Source of the DNA: Mobula birostris
Lineage: Eukaryota
Length of the DNA stretch: 64,000 bases
Assembly (NCBI RefSeq): GCF_030028105.1
Contig: NC_092400.1
Span: forward strand, 19,468,001-19,532,000
Direction: 5' to 3'
Shown: positions 50,206-62,156 of the stretch, piece after piece
Position numbering within the stretch: position 1 is the first letter of the stretch
Layout of the letters: each line of letters opens with the position of its first letter
Notes under the pieces: generated by a model
The model's database searches: none
Seen by the model: the letters and a program-made list of their open reading frames with translations, nothing else
What the model was told of the DNA's origin: nothing
Made by a program: the position numbers and the translations under genes

Positions 50206-51269
50206 TTAAAGAACTTCAGTACTCTTGTATCATTTAAAAATAATTACTCTTATTTTGATTAATTGCCATTTATAACCTCTGCATTTGCTGTCTTCTTTCT
50301 TTGATTCTCTGTCCACCAATTAACTGTCTCTTGTAGTCTTCCACTCTGGTATCATAAATCCTGCCCATATCCTAAAAAGGATTCCTTTCCTGTTCTGGAG
50401 TTTCTTATTAATTAATCATTAATTCAGAATTTTCACTTCAACATGTTGATTCAAATGATTTTATTTGCTCTATTCCACAGATACCATCGTTTCCCCGCCA
50501 AATTTGCTTTCTATGTTTGGCTTGCCAAAGGAAAAAAGTGAAATATTCCAGCATATTCAATTTGTGATATCATACTGCCTCAACTAATTCCACATCATCA
50601 CACATTAATAGTTTAGTGCTTCAAATAATCTAACTTGAAATTCCCCTCCAGCTGTACATTTTGCTTCCACTTTGTAAAACAGCAATCTACCATTTAAACC
50701 CGTGTTCTCTACCAAAATCTAATTTCCCTCGTACTCCCTTTTTTAATCAAGTAGCTCACAAATTTCATTAGCTCAGACTTTATTCCAACTGCACAAGTTT
50801 TTGAATCAGATTAATACTGTAGACATGAAAGTTCCTTAGAGGAATTTACTCATAAAATTTACACTGCAAGTTTGAGATTAAAAGAAAAATCAAAATATCC
50901 TTATTTTATCCTCCCTGAGAGACCCCTGTTTTTAACCAAAATTTAGCTTTGGTTGAAATTGTCAGCAAGGTTAAGGAATCTAATTATTTTGCTCAATTGT
51001 TGTTATGCTTGAGAGAAAGTGTCGATCTAAATGAATTTCACAGCAAACATCATTTTACAAAAAAAAATCAAGATTTATCTAGAAGATTAAATTACTACCA
51101 TTTTCCCTCCCCAATGCTTCACTTTTTTTTCCCCCCAAAAGTTCAACACATTTAAGTATCTATCAAAAAATATAACTTGCTTGCCTTGATCCTGGAAATT
51201 TTAATCATCAATTTTATCACAATTGGTTTCTTCTTTGTGAACCCAAGCTCAAAGTTATAGATTGGATGT

Positions 51270-53095
51270 TTCAAATTCAATTAGAACTTAGTACAACATG
51301 GGATCCAGGGAGAGTTAGCTAATTGGATCCAGAATTGGTTTGAAAGTCAAAAGCAAAGAGTGACAGTGGAAGATATTTCAGAATGGAGACCCCCGATTAC
51401 TAGAGTCTCCTCCCCACCCCCCCACCATGCTAAGCCCATTGCTACTCGTCATCTACATCAATGCTTTGGTTGAGAATGTACGAGGCATGGTTAGGAGGTC
51501 TGCAGATGACAGTACTAGTTATTGAAAGTGAAGCTAGTTATCAGGAATTACAGAGGAAACTTGACCAGCTGGCTAAGTGGGCCAAGGAACTGCACATAGA
51601 TTTTAATTCAGGCAAGTGCAAAGTGTCGCATTTTGAGAACATAACTCGAGATGGGGCATTCAAGTCATTGTTAGGGTTCTTAGGACTGTTGTAGAACAAA
51701 GGTATTTGGGGTTATAAATACATGATTCCCTGTAAGTGACGTCACATGCAGACAGGGTGGTGAAGGTAGCTTTTTGCACTGGCTTTTATCAGGATATTGA
51801 GTACTGAAGCTGAGATGTTACAGTGTAGTTGTACAAGATGTTGATGTGGCTGCATTTGGAATATTGCATTCAGTTTTGGTCACCTTGCTAGAGGAAAGAT
51901 ATCATTAAACAGTAAAGAGTGCCGAGATTTAGAAAGGACGTTGCAAGACTTGAGGCACTGAGTTACAGAGAGGGGTTGGGACTTTTTCATTGAAGCGTAG
52001 GAGAATTAGGGGTGATGTCATAGAGGTGTATAAAATCATGGGGAGCAGAGATGGAGTGAACATGCACCAGTTTTTTTTCTCCCCCAGGGTTGGGGAATCA
52101 ACAACTAGAGGAATTTAAGTTTAAGGTGAGAGGGGCCCCAAGAGCGAGGAAAGACCAGAGGTGTTTTTAGGCTGAATTGGAAAGGTCAGGTATGGGCTGA
52201 ATCGAGGTGGCAGACCACCGGCTCGAGAGCGTATTGAAGCAGTGGGGCCTGGGTCTGAGAACAAGGAACAACATGAGGTTTGGACAATTTAAGGGCCGGG
52301 CCAGATCGAGAAGGTCAGGGTGTGGGAAGGTCCGTTCCTGGATCGGCTGCAGTGGTGACTGGCTTCGTGTCCGTGGACTTCCTTTCATGAGCTTCAGTTC
52401 CGATTGCTATTTGCTTACTTGTATTGTTTTTTTTCTTCCCTCTCTGCACATTGGGTGTTTGACGGTCTTTTTAAATAGGTTCTATTAGGTTTCTTAGTTT
52501 TGTGGCTTCCTGTAAGGAGGCGATTCTCAAGGTTGTATAAAGTATTGGAGGTTGAATTTTAAACTTTTGAGATTTAATTGGAAGCTGAGGGATAAATGGA
52601 ATGAGCTGCCTGAGGAAGTGGTTGAGGCAGATGGGTTAACAATATTTTTTTTTATAAAACGTACTTGGACAAGTACAGGGAAAGGAAAGGTTCAGAGCAG
52701 GGGTTCCCAACCTTTTTTATGCCATGGAGTCTTACCACTAACCAAAGGGATCCATGGACTCCAGTTTGGTTTAGAAGGAAGGAAGGAACAATGACTCAGA
52801 CCATGAGAGGCCTGCGTCGGGCATTTTCATGCCTTACAAGGCACAGATTGGAAGTCTGTGTGGGGCGCCACTCCTCGCACAGACCAGAGCAATGTGTGAT
52901 TAAGTGCCTTGCTCAAGGGCACAAACACGCTGCCACAGCTGAGGCTCGAACTAGCGACCTTGAGATAACTAGACCCAACTAGGCCCACTAGCCCCAATGT
53001 TTAGAGATATGGAGCAAATGGGCCGAGCTCAGCTCGGAATCTTGGTTGGCATGGACTAGTTAGGCCAAAGGGCCCGTTACTGTGTTGTATGACTA
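51270..53095 (+). mobile_element. Degenerate CR1 LINE with nested SINE/MITE pieces
   Basis: HGIQGELANWIQNW, LDQLAKWA...FNSGKCKV, WNELPEEVVEA; MITE-like CAGGGGTTCCCAACC at about 52698. Confidence 0.7.
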
Positions 53096-56000
53096 ACTCC
53101 AAGAAGCCACGGAATGACAAAACGCATCTATGAACATTGGAACTGTTTTGAAAATTTAAAGTCATTGTTAAATACTGAACATTGATGCTATTTGATTTCC
53201 TGCCAACAGATGGTGCTGTGTCAACAAACCATTCGCCATCAGGAACAAGCCAAGATGTTGTCTCTTCCCAACCCCACCCTCTATTTAATCACACCACACG
53301 GAAGGGCATGAATTAACCAATCACACCTGCTCTTTGAAGGAGGTGCCCAAAAGAGGTGCTTTCCATTTCAGACAAGAAGCCCGACAACAATGACAATTAA
53401 AGTGTTTACACAGATGGTGAAGTAGGCAAACCCATGTCATTGGAACACTCGAACCTCACACATTGATGTGAGAGGTTTAAAGTGTTGATTGTTGTAAGAG
53501 TGTGGGGGCAGGGGAACAAGACTACAGAGAAGGTGGCACAGGTAAGGCCAGGCCATATTGCTGTGTTGGTTATACCTGGCTGATCAGACAGAAGCATTGG
53601 ACAATGACTGTCTGGGCTGCCAAAGACTGCTGTGGTAAATAACCAGCAAGGCTGTTTCTGTACTGTAGAATGAAGAGATTCAAACTAAAATTTGATATTC
53701 AGAAGGGGAAAAGCATTATTAGAAACAGGCTAAGTTGTACTAATGTGAGTTAATAAGGCAGTTAACATTCTGTGTGTTATTTGTTTACACAATTTTTTCT
53801 TTCCACACACTGGGTGTTTGAGTCTTTGTTCCGTGGTGTTGTTTTTAAAAATGTGTACTATTATGCCTGTCTTGTGGCTGCCTACAGAGAAGATTAATCT
53901 CCAGGTTATATACAGCATATGTACATATTTTGGTAGTGAATGTATTTTACTTGATGTGGTCCTAATCTATCTGGTGATGAACAGTTAAGCCATTTCTGTA
54001 GCAAAAAAAAACAAATCTGTACCAACGTTAATTTAAAAAATTAGAGGCTCTCATCTGAATCAGGTTGAGGGTTCAAGTCCCAGTACAAACCTTGACACAA
54101 AATAGCTTTGATAGTTCTGTACAATAGAAGGGCTTCTACACTATGTGGCAAGACATTAAATTGAGACCCCATTTTGTCCTGAAGTGAATGCCAAAGCTTT
54201 CAATGTACTATGTTAAAGAACAAGAGTCCACCACTACAAAATAAGTTCTATAATCACCAATTCTGATGAAAAATTATGCATCTTAAATGTTAACTCTGTT
54301 TCTCACTTTAAAGTTCAAAGCTCAAAGTAAATTTTATTATCAAAGCACAAATGTATCTCCTTGTACAACCTCAAGATTTATTTTCCTGTGGGCATACTCA
54401 GCAAATCTATAGAATAGTAACTTTAACAAGATCAATGAAAGATCAACCAGAGTGCAAAAAACAATGAAGTATGCAAATGCAAATATGAATAAATAGTAAT
54501 AAATAACAACAAACTATGCAAATATAAATAAATAGTAATAAATAACAAGAACAAGATAAAGTCCTTAAAGTGAGACCACTGTCGTGAGAACATCTCAATG
54601 ATGCACCCCAACTTGCTGAGTATTTCCAGCACCTGATTTTTTAAAAAAAAGTTTACAATTTCATTATTATTTTTGGAAACGTAGAGGAGTGCCTCATTTC
54701 ATCCATTACAACAGGGGCTCCCAACCTCAGTTAGTGGTCGGGGTCCAAGGCATTAAAAAAGGTTGGGAAGCCCTGCAATAAATGCAGAGACCACATTTCC
54801 CAAGTACTTTATTGGCTGCTGAACAATTTAGGATTATCCAAGTACACAAAGAGATAAAATAAATAGAAATCTTCCTCTAATGAAGGAAAGCAATTCCAGA
54901 AGGGAAAACTACAATATTTAAAATTCCCTCAAGATGTTATCACATTAGCATTGACCATCTTATCCAAGCACAAGTAGGGTTAAATTTGATGGACAGGCCT
55001 AAGAAATTATTTACAATACAAAACAAATTAAGAAATAAAGAGCTAAAATTTGAGGTTCAGACATCCACCAAGTGCAGGAAATACTTCCATCTCCACTGAA
55101 CATTTTGTTTAGTTACTAAGATACAGTGTGACCCTTTGAGCCGCCCAGCAATTCCCCAATTTAATCCTAGCCTAATCACGGGATGATTTACAAAGAGCAA
55201 TCAACCTACCAACTTGTAGGTCTTTGGACTGTGGGAGGAAACTGGAGCACCCAGAGGAAACCGGAGCACCTGGAGGAAACCCTCACGGGTAGAACGTGCA
55301 AACTCCTCATAGGTAGCGGCAGGAATTTAACCCAGGTCCCTAGTACTGTGAAGAGTTGTGCTAACCACTACGCTATTGTGCCTGTTTTGTCCTTCATAAC
55401 TCACGAACTGACTTAATTATGAAGCGCATTGGGGTTCACAAAAGAAAACCCCCCCGCAGATAATAAAGGTCATGTATAAAATACTGCAGGTATCAAATAT
55501 CCAAAACAGAACAGAATATGTTTTGCAGCTGCAGTAACATCTGTGCTGACTAAAACAGAGTTAATATTTCAATCGACAGTAATTGTGCATTACTGTGATC
55601 TTCTGGTGCTGCTGCGACTTATTTTCTGCTACTTATCTATTTAATACTGTCTTTCTATTACTGTCTTGCTTTTATCTACCGCTTTATTTAATTGCCTGAG
55701 AGGAAGCCAAACAGAGTTTCATTGTACCTATGTATAATGACAATAAAGATCGTTCAATTCAATTCAAAGTTTTGTTGGAAAATCACCAACCCGAAATGCT
55801 GGCTCCGTCTCCTTTATTGGAAATATGTCCCTCCTAAAATCATTATTAAGAAAAATAGTTACACTTAGGAAATTTATATTTAGGAACCTGGGGGCCAACC
55901 TTTTTTAAAAAGATTTAATGATTAACTCAACTGTTAAGTTACCTTCAAAAGAACTTGGCAATCCCAATACCCAGTTAACAAACCCATTTATGAGGAATGG

Positions 56001-57096
56001 TACCAACAGAATTGTTCTCTATGGAAACCTGACTCAATTAACTTCAGAAAGTGAGGGAGGATGGTGTAGTAAATTGAGGCGTTAGGGTCAGATTTCTATA
56101 CGATAAATATTTTGTACAGCTGGCCAAACTGTCAATGTTATTTCCATGGTCCAGTAATTGAAAACATATAATATCCAGGGTCAGGAATATTTTGTACAGT
56201 CTTTAATTAGAAACATATTACTGTATTTAAAAATGAATTAATGGCCAACATTGTATTTGTTCTGATGTAACGATTGAATACAATCTGTAGAAATGATCAA
56301 AAATCCACCGAAAACTTGAAATACTGTGCAAATACAATAAAAAGGCTCTTCCTCCCTGCGGAGATTTTAATTGCTAATATCCCAACCAAAACGATTCTAC
56401 AAATAGGCTCAAATTAAAAACATGCAAAGACTAAATTAAAATCTCTTCATTTCGATAGAAAAAGCAAAAGTTAAAAATAAAATGAAGGAACTTATAAATG
56501 TATTTGTGGTTTACAGCAGCCGTTTAAAAAGCCAAGTACACACGTGGATATCTGCTGCATTACTGCAGCTTTTTTTTGTTCTGGAGAGGGAATGCGAGAA
56601 TTACAAGATCGATTTTCATCAATACTTTATCTCCAAATTATTATTTTAAACCTGTCTGCAAATGATACTACATTAAAGTCAAATCTTGCTGATCCCAAAG
56701 ATTTGGTCACATTTCCCCAGCTGTGTTAACTGGATTGCACGTTTGCTGTGGACCGATGTCCACATTTTGACGAGACAGTAAATTACAGACACTCACACCG
56801 CAGTAAATGGTGCTTTAAAACTCCCGTGCGGAAACACCCCACTCCTTTTTACTCAACGCAAATCAAGCGTATGTTAATTTGTAACATTATTAGTGCAGAG
56901 CCTATCGCTATTTATAACTGGTCAATCTGCAAAATATGCTCGGAGTGAAGGGTTCTTTAGTACTTAATTATGTATAAGTGAGTTTACAGGAAAAAAAGGG
57001 CATAGATAATAAATATTAAAACAGGGGGGATCAGATAGTTAACTGACATAGCAACTTGGTGAATTCTTCAATCGTTCTGCGGCTATACAAACTTAC

Positions 57097-57210
57097 CATG
57101 GCGAAACCAGAGAGTAAAGCCGACGTCCTGCTGGAGGCTTTGAGTTTTGCCCTGCTGAGATAGAGCTTCCTCCAGGATAGAGCTTGCATTGAATGCTCGT
57201 TCAAACTCAT
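57097..57210 (-). CDS. ORAI1: ORAI1 CRAC channel pore subunit, coding exon 1 ([38 protein letters not shown])
   Basis: Manual translation gives the conserved Orai1 N-terminal/TM1 sequence; donor ATG|GTAAGT at 57096; 114 nt, phase 0; too short for the ORF track. Confidence 0.96.
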
Positions 57211-57339
57211 TTTTTAAAGATTAGAGGGGGGAAAACACCTCTCCCAATTTAATTCAGGTTATTTCTTCCTAGCACGGTGGAGAGAGAAAAAGGAAAAAAA
57301 AGTAGTCCCAGCTACGAGCTAACAGCCAAAAGTCTCTCA

Positions 57340-57780
57340 GGTGAGGCTTGCGCAAATTTCCTCGAACTCGTAAGTAAAAATGTTGCCTCGCGGTAAGGGT
57401 GAATCTCTGCTCCAAGTGGTGTACTGTATCATGAGAGAAACCACAGAGGCCCGCTGCAGACTCGAGAGGAGCTGAAGGAGCCGAGCTCCTGTGCCGGTAG
57501 CTCGCTGCGTGTACGTGTGTGTGTGTGTGTGTGTGTGTCTCCCGTGAACGAGCCGAACCCAGACCTCGGCTGTCAATCAAGCGGTCCGGGATCCGGCTGA
57601 CACTCAGTGTCGCGCCGCCCCCGTGTCGGCCAGATCGATTCAAGGGCTGACCCACATTGCCATCGGTTCGCTGCACAGGACGCCAATGATCCCTTCGCAA
57701 CCTTCCACCCCCCTCCCTCCCCTCCGCTCCCCTCCCCTCCCAATCCAGAGTCATTGGCGCCTCTGCCAGTTTGTGGTAAG
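57340..57780 (-). promoter_or_regulatory. CpG-rich promoter / 5' region of ORAI1
   Basis: High CpG density against an AT-rich background; CCAAT motifs at 57683, 57740 and 57753 (reverse); CCCTCCCC Sp/KLF-type runs; directly upstream of the ORAI1 ATG. Confidence 0.7.
57515..57538. repeat. (GT)12 microsatellite
   Basis: Direct reading. Confidence 0.95.
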
Positions 57781-60700
57781 CAGCATGCAGAGATGCTGGT
57801 AGGAAGGACATTAAAAACTGTTTTGCATATAAACGGCTCCAGAACCTGGTAGTGGCGGGGGTGGACTTCTGTTTTTTAAAAAAATTCTATTTTCGCCCCC
57901 ATCCAACACAACACACAAAAATCTCCCATTGCAGTTCTCATATCAGAAGGAAATCGACCCGCTATCGAAGTAAGTTAGACGATTAATGCGCTTTGGTATA
58001 TGGTTTGTACACAGGCCTGCAGGCAGTGTCACTTTAAAAATTCACGTAATGAGGGGGTTAGAGGGTTTAAAACGAGAGAAAAAACAAAGTTTATTCTAAA
58101 GCATTTTTTCTCCATTTTTGATTTTATTTGGTATTAGAAGTGCGTGTTAACAAATTAGAGCTGTATCAGAAAAAGTTACAAATGATCGCTTTATATTTAT
58201 TACAAAATATAGTGACTGCGGGAAGAGGTGGTGGAAGAGAGCATGGCAGGGTGCGGGTTGGGGAACCGTGAGGCCCCCGAAAGAAATCATTGTGGGAAGC
58301 TCTTAACGTGTTCGTGTAAATTAATTTATCTTTTTTAATCTTATTGAAGCCATAATTCGCTCTAATAATTTGTCTTATGAATTTATCTCGAATCTGTTGA
58401 ATTATGCTGGTATTCTCACAACTTCAATCTGTTAGCTTTTTTTTGTGTGTGACTGAACGTTTCAGCGTAATATTCATCCCCATCAATGATTGGCTGTAAT
58501 GTACTGCTGATCTCTAGTTAGACCTCACGAAATATATTTTAATTAGCTCCCCACCCATCCCTTTAATTATTTTCTGCCTTTTATTAAACGCAGTACAAAG
58601 GGTAAAAAGGGCCAATGCCTTCATTCTGATGTGTGCCTCCTGGTGCCCAACATAAGATGGCAGCCACACTGTTGTCTGGAACCCACTCTTTCTCACATGC
58701 GGGAGAGTCTGGTAGTTAGTGGATTGGCAAGGTAGGGGTAAATTCACATTGTTAATTGTGGGATTATAATAATGCAGTTACTAATAATCTATCCACAGAT
58801 TTGTATGTGTTTATCAGGGGTCATTAGAGAGTTGACAAAGTTATAAATCTGAAAGCAGTTTAATTTCGACCTTTTTGACACTTTCCTGCAGTTGCTTGAA
58901 ATTCTGATGTTTCATTTGGGTAACAGTTTTTTTTAATTTGATGAACAATCTCTAGCTATCACATCTTTGGTTTTTGTGGGGGGTTTTTTTGCTGTTGTTT
59001 AAATTGACTCTGGTGATTTGTTTGAATTAAATATTTACAATTGGAGATTTACCCCCAAGTGATTATTTTGCATGTATATTTATAAACGTGTCTCTCCATA
59101 CTCAGTATTCTTAACAGGACAGCAAACTCAAGTGCAGTGATCACTGACGAGGTCAGCACCAGATTTCAGAATGCCGAAACTGGTGAAATGGGCAAATAAA
59201 TACTGTGATTTAAAGTGGAGAAGTGTACAGTGGTGTATTTTGGAAAGAATGAGAGGTGATGATATGAATTAAAGAGTAACAATTTAAAAGGGGACGTAGG
59301 AGCAGTGAGAACTGTTGAATGTCTGTTTTCAATAATTCATACTTGTATGTGAAAGGATTTGGTGCAAATATGAAGGAAATTATATATTTCAGTCACTGTT
59401 GTACATTTCTGTGCCCCATGCTCAAGGGAGGTGGGTAAATAGATGGTCATGAGTTTTTTTCCAGGGATAACATTGTTAAAGGACTTTGGTTTTTGGAAGG
59501 ATGGAAGCTGGTATAAATATTAATGTTGATCAGAAGTCGATATTGTTTTGTACAGCCGCATTGACTAGTGTGGATCTGAATAGCTGGAAAAGGACAGCTT
59601 TCCTGATTAGCGATTAAACCGGAACCATAGTGAAAATGTGCTGAATCCTAAGTCAGATCTCAGCTAAGTAATGTTTTGGATTTGGTTAAAAGGTGATAAT
59701 TGTATGAATTAATGTGCCATGTGAGGTTGTGTTTCTAGTTTAGCATTTTGCTGATGCGGTTTAGGCTTGGAATAGAACGGATACAAGGCTGAAAGATATT
59801 TTTCTATTTATGCTACTTATAAGAAATACTGGAATGCCTGGGAGCAGGTCATACTGTGGTCTCTACTGTTGTTTCAGGATAAATTCATTCATTTGTGAGA
59901 GATTAATACACGAGAAAAAATAACTACTTTTTTCTTATCTGGCTTTATTGGTGAAGTCTAAATCTGAATTCCTACATAATTGTTTTTGTATTTGATTTCT
60001 ACATGATGGTTAAATGAGAGAGATAATTAGAGGGAAATAAGTGGAAGAATTGGGTATTTTGGGAATCACCAAGGATTGATTTTGAATAGTGTTGCACAGA
60101 CCATGCATTAAAAATATTACTTTTGTTGTGGAATCCAACTTTCCTAACTTTTCTGATAATCTGAAAACGTACACAGCAGTTGGTATTTTAGATTTCAAGA
60201 TGACTTAGATGGGTAGATGAAAGGTCCCTTGTTGTATACATCACACTGGTTGTCAAAAACCAGTGTGATGTATACAACGACACGAGAGGCTGCAGATGCT
60301 GGACATCTGGAGCAACACACCCAATGCTGGAGGAACTCCTTGGGTCAGGGGGCATCTATGCAGGGAAATGAACAGTTGATGTTTTGGGTCCAGACCCTTT
60401 ATGAAGTCAGAACAGTGACTTCTGGTTCTCACGGTGGCATTGCAAGTTTGTAGCTGTCTCGTGTTTTCCTTGTGACTATGTAGGTTTTCTCAAAGGTCTT
60501 GGCCGTTGACAGCTACGGGACCACCGTGCGGTTGGGTAGTGGAGGAAATCGGAAGGAATGACAGTTATGTGAGAGAGGTGGTTGATTACAGGGAAATAAA
60601 CGGGGGAATGGGACTGCTCTGAGAATTCGTGGGCTAAATGGCCTCTTCCCAGACCACACAGGAAATGTGGGGAATATATGAATGTGTAATACCATAAATC

Positions 60701-60806
60701 TAGAATTAGAAATTTTTCATAAGCATAAGATATTCTGTAGATGCTGGAAATCTTGAGCAACACACACATAAAATGATAGAGGAACTAAGCAAGTCAGGCA
60801 GCATCT

Positions 60807-61611
60807 AGTCATAGTCATACTTTATTTATCCGGAGGGAAATTGGGTTTCCTTACAGTTGCACCAACCAAGAATAGAGTATTAATATAGCAATATAAAACC
60901 ATAAATAATAATATGTAAATTATGCTATGAAATAAGTCCAGGACCAGCCTATTGGCTCAGGGTGTCTGACCCTCCAAGGGAGGAGTTGTAAAGTTTGATG
61001 GCCACAGGCAGGAATGACTTCCTATGATGCTCTGTGTTGCATCTCGGTGGAATGAGTCTCTGGCTGAATGTACTCCTGTGCCCACTCAGTACATTATGTA
61101 GTGGATGGGAGACATTGTCCAGGATGGCATGCAACTTGGACAGCATCCTCTTTTCAGACACCGCCGTCAGAGAGTCCAGTTCCATCCCCATAACATCACT
61201 GGCCTTACGAATGAGTTTGTTGATTTTGTTGGTGTCTGCTACCCTCAGCCTGCTGCCCCAGCACACAACAGCAAACATGATCGCACTGGCCACCACAGAC
61301 TCGTAGAACATCCTCAGCATCGTCCGGCAGATGTTAAAGGACCTCAGTCTCCTCAGGAAATAGAGACGGCTCTGACCCTTCTTGTAGACAGCCTCAGTGT
61401 TCTTTGACCAGTCCAGTTTATTGTCAATTCGTATCCCCAGGTATTTGTAATCCTCCACTACTGACCCCCTGGATGGAAACAGGGGTCACCGGTGCCTTAG
61501 CTCTCCTCAGGTCCATCACCAGCTCCTTAGTCTTTTTCACATTAAGCTGCAGATAATTCTGCTCACACCATGTGACAAAGTTTCCTACTGTAGCCCTGTA
61601 CTCAGCCTCAG
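60807..61611 (-). mobile_element. Rex1/Babar LINE 3' fragment inserted in a Penelope-like terminus
   Basis: ORF 60949..61458: YKYLG..IDNKLDW...KGQSRLYFLRRLRSF; (AGTCAT)n tail; PLE sequence on both sides. Confidence 0.9.
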
Positions 61612-62022
61612 TTCTATGGAAGGAAATAAACAGTTGATATTGTCTCAGCCTGAAACTTCAGCTGTTTATTCCCCTCCCTAGATGTTGCCTGACTTGCAGA
61701 GTTCCTCCAGCATTTTGCATGTGTTGGAAAACTTTCAGCGGGTTTACACTTGATTAGATATTTGGAATGGATGTTCTGCGAAGAGAGAAGTGCTTGGAGG
61801 GTAACACTCATGTGCATCAGCAATGCGTGCTGATGGTTGCGTCAAAGACTTGCTTTTGCGTTGTGTGTTTCACACCAGCTCAAAGCAATTTTCAATTGGT
61901 AAAGTAATCTTGCCGTGTTACAATATCAGAAATATGGCAGAGAGTTTGCACAGAGCAAATTCTACAAAGGAGATTATAGTGGAGAATTAGAATCTTTTGG
62001 TAAAGGTGATAGATGGTTTGGA

Positions 62023-62156
62023 AACGCAAACATGAGGAATTCTGCAGATGCTGGAAAGGTCTCGACGAAGGGTCTCGGACTGAAACGTCGACTGTCCCTC
62101 TTCCTAGAGATGCTGCCTGGCCTGCTGCGTTCACCAGCAACTTTGATGTGTGTTAC
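62023..62156. mobile_element. Inverted Penelope-like terminal fragment, 13-bp TSD
   Basis: tagatggtttgga at 62010-62022 and 62157-62169; orientation flips at about 62058; hammerhead 5'-truncated. Confidence 0.8.

Noticed and set aside
57269-57811. 180-aa minus-strand ORF upstream of ORAI1 as an N-terminal extension or new gene
   Set aside because: It stops at 57269 before the ORAI1 ATG, runs through the (GT)n repeat and GC-rich promoter, and has no recognisable domain
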